This document shows, piece by piece, positions 45,196-46,350 of a DNA stretch of 46,350 nucleotides. The notes under the pieces were generated by a model. That model saw only the letters and a program-made list of their open reading frames with translations, did no database searches and was not told the origin of the DNA. Each line of letters begins with the position of its first letter. The stretch's first letter is position 1. Source of the stretch: Dimorphilus gyrociliatus (taxonomy: Eukaryota > Animalia > Annelida); assembly GCA_904063045.1 (NCBI GenBank), contig CAJFCJ010000109.1, forward strand, positions 1 to 46,350. The letters are read 5' to 3'. The position numbers and the translations under genes are program-made.

Positions 45196-45639
45196 TGCAA
45201 AGTTGTTTTTCCAAATGTAATATTCTAAAAATGTTAATCCTTAAAAAATAAATTAAATATTCATATTCCAAACACTTTATCAATTTGACAATTAATAATC
45301 TCTTTAAACTTTCCAATAGTAATTTCAACTTGGCTCTTCTATACAGAAATGTCTATTTTTTCTCATAATTTAATATGTGCAATTATACAATTTATAAATT
45401 ATTAATATATTCTTCTATTCATTGTAAATCGAATGACACTTTATGCTTTTTAGAGAAGTTGTCAAATGATAGCAAAAATATTGATTTTGCTCTAAGAAGG
45501 CCTAAGACAAAAAACAAATATATTTTTTATGTATTTTCTTAAATTTATGATATTTAACATATTCAATTTTAACTTGTTTTTTATTAAATTCTATTCATTT
45601 TACAATCAATATTTTCTGACAAACTTTTATTCACAATCT

Positions 45640-45900
45640 CCTTCCCAAGATTGCAATCAACTCCTTATCCTCTGATCTAGGTTTTTGGAAATTAGATTCT
45701 ATTGGAGGAGTTGACACTGGTTTCAATATTATTGTACTATATTTTCCTACCTTTAAATGGTATGTTCCCTTCGGATGCAACAGAAAACTCTAAAATCAGC
45801 CCGTTTCTCTTCCTATCCTTTTGATTACTGCTAACCTTTAAATGGAACCCCCTAACTATAAAATCAATAGCTAATTTACTCCTAGCCATTTTCCAATCCG
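45640..45900 (-). mobile_element. Possible RLE-type non-LTR retrotransposon endonuclease relic
   Basis: A minus frame reads LILEFSVASEGNIPFKGRKI*YNNI, resembling the IEFSV..E.N...K..KY motif. Heavily degraded. Confidence 0.3.
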
Positions 45901-46350
45901 AAATATTGCTTTCAAATATCTCATTTGGTGATATTTTCTGTTGGCCCCGTTCCCTTCACCCTCTTTTATGGTAGTTATCTGTTTGTCAGTTTAAATCCTA
46001 CCAGATTTCCCTTTTAAAGATGGGTAAGGGTTGATTTTTTGTGTGATTTTCAAATATCATTAAATTCTAATTTCACTCTTTCTATAAACTTTTTACTGGT
46101 TGAGAAAGAAACTAAAAGTAGGTTTTCCCGGAAACTATTAAGATAAGTTATCTCTTTTTTGAACTTATTACAGCTGATAAAATAAAATTATGTCTAAAAT
46201 TGGGTTTAGACATTATTTCTGCTCATAATATTATGTCTTTTATCAGAAGTTATATAGAATTAGCATGGTTATAATTCGAAATAAAAGCTAAGTTAGCTCA
46301 CTAGTAAACTTTAGTCGTTGTACCATAATTCAACAGACTATTCAAAATGG

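Noticed and set aside
1-46350. tRNA/rRNA genes and prokaryotic operons or TTG/GTG starts
   Set aside because: No cloverleaf or rRNA-like sequence seen. The non-ATG starts in the ORF track correspond to internal exons of spliced eukaryotic genes.

Overview
AT-rich eukaryotic (invertebrate, probably annelid/lophotrochozoan) DNA with short introns of about 50-95 nt. The compact introns and gene families are compatible with a compact genome such as Dimorphilus gyrociliatus, but that is inference only. The window is a receptor/channel 'birth-and-death' island. It holds up to five GRL101-like LDLa-LRR-7TM receptor loci; one appears intact (17423-25330, minus), with a long ectodomain of degenerate SRCR/C-type-lectin-like modules and a kinase-homology-like C-terminal tail. 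It also contains an intact secreted 2xchitin-binding/TSP1/3xC1q protein, DEG/ENaC fragments, a Cys-loop receptor relic, a Ly6/Quiver-like gene, two PAN-like paralogues, a CUB-TM gene, a stand-alone RNI-like LRR array, a broken class A GPCR and an F5/8C-like + FAMeT-domain gene. Mobile DNA includes mariner and Tc1 relics, a solo Gypsy-type gag, a dispersed MITE family carrying telomeric TTAGGG repeats, a TIR-bounded element encoding a spliced PHD finger, and a minimal type I hammerhead ribozyme (3982-4040, minus). Several frameshifts fall in homopolymer runs and may be assembly errors. All domain calls are by-eye motif recognition; no database search was run.
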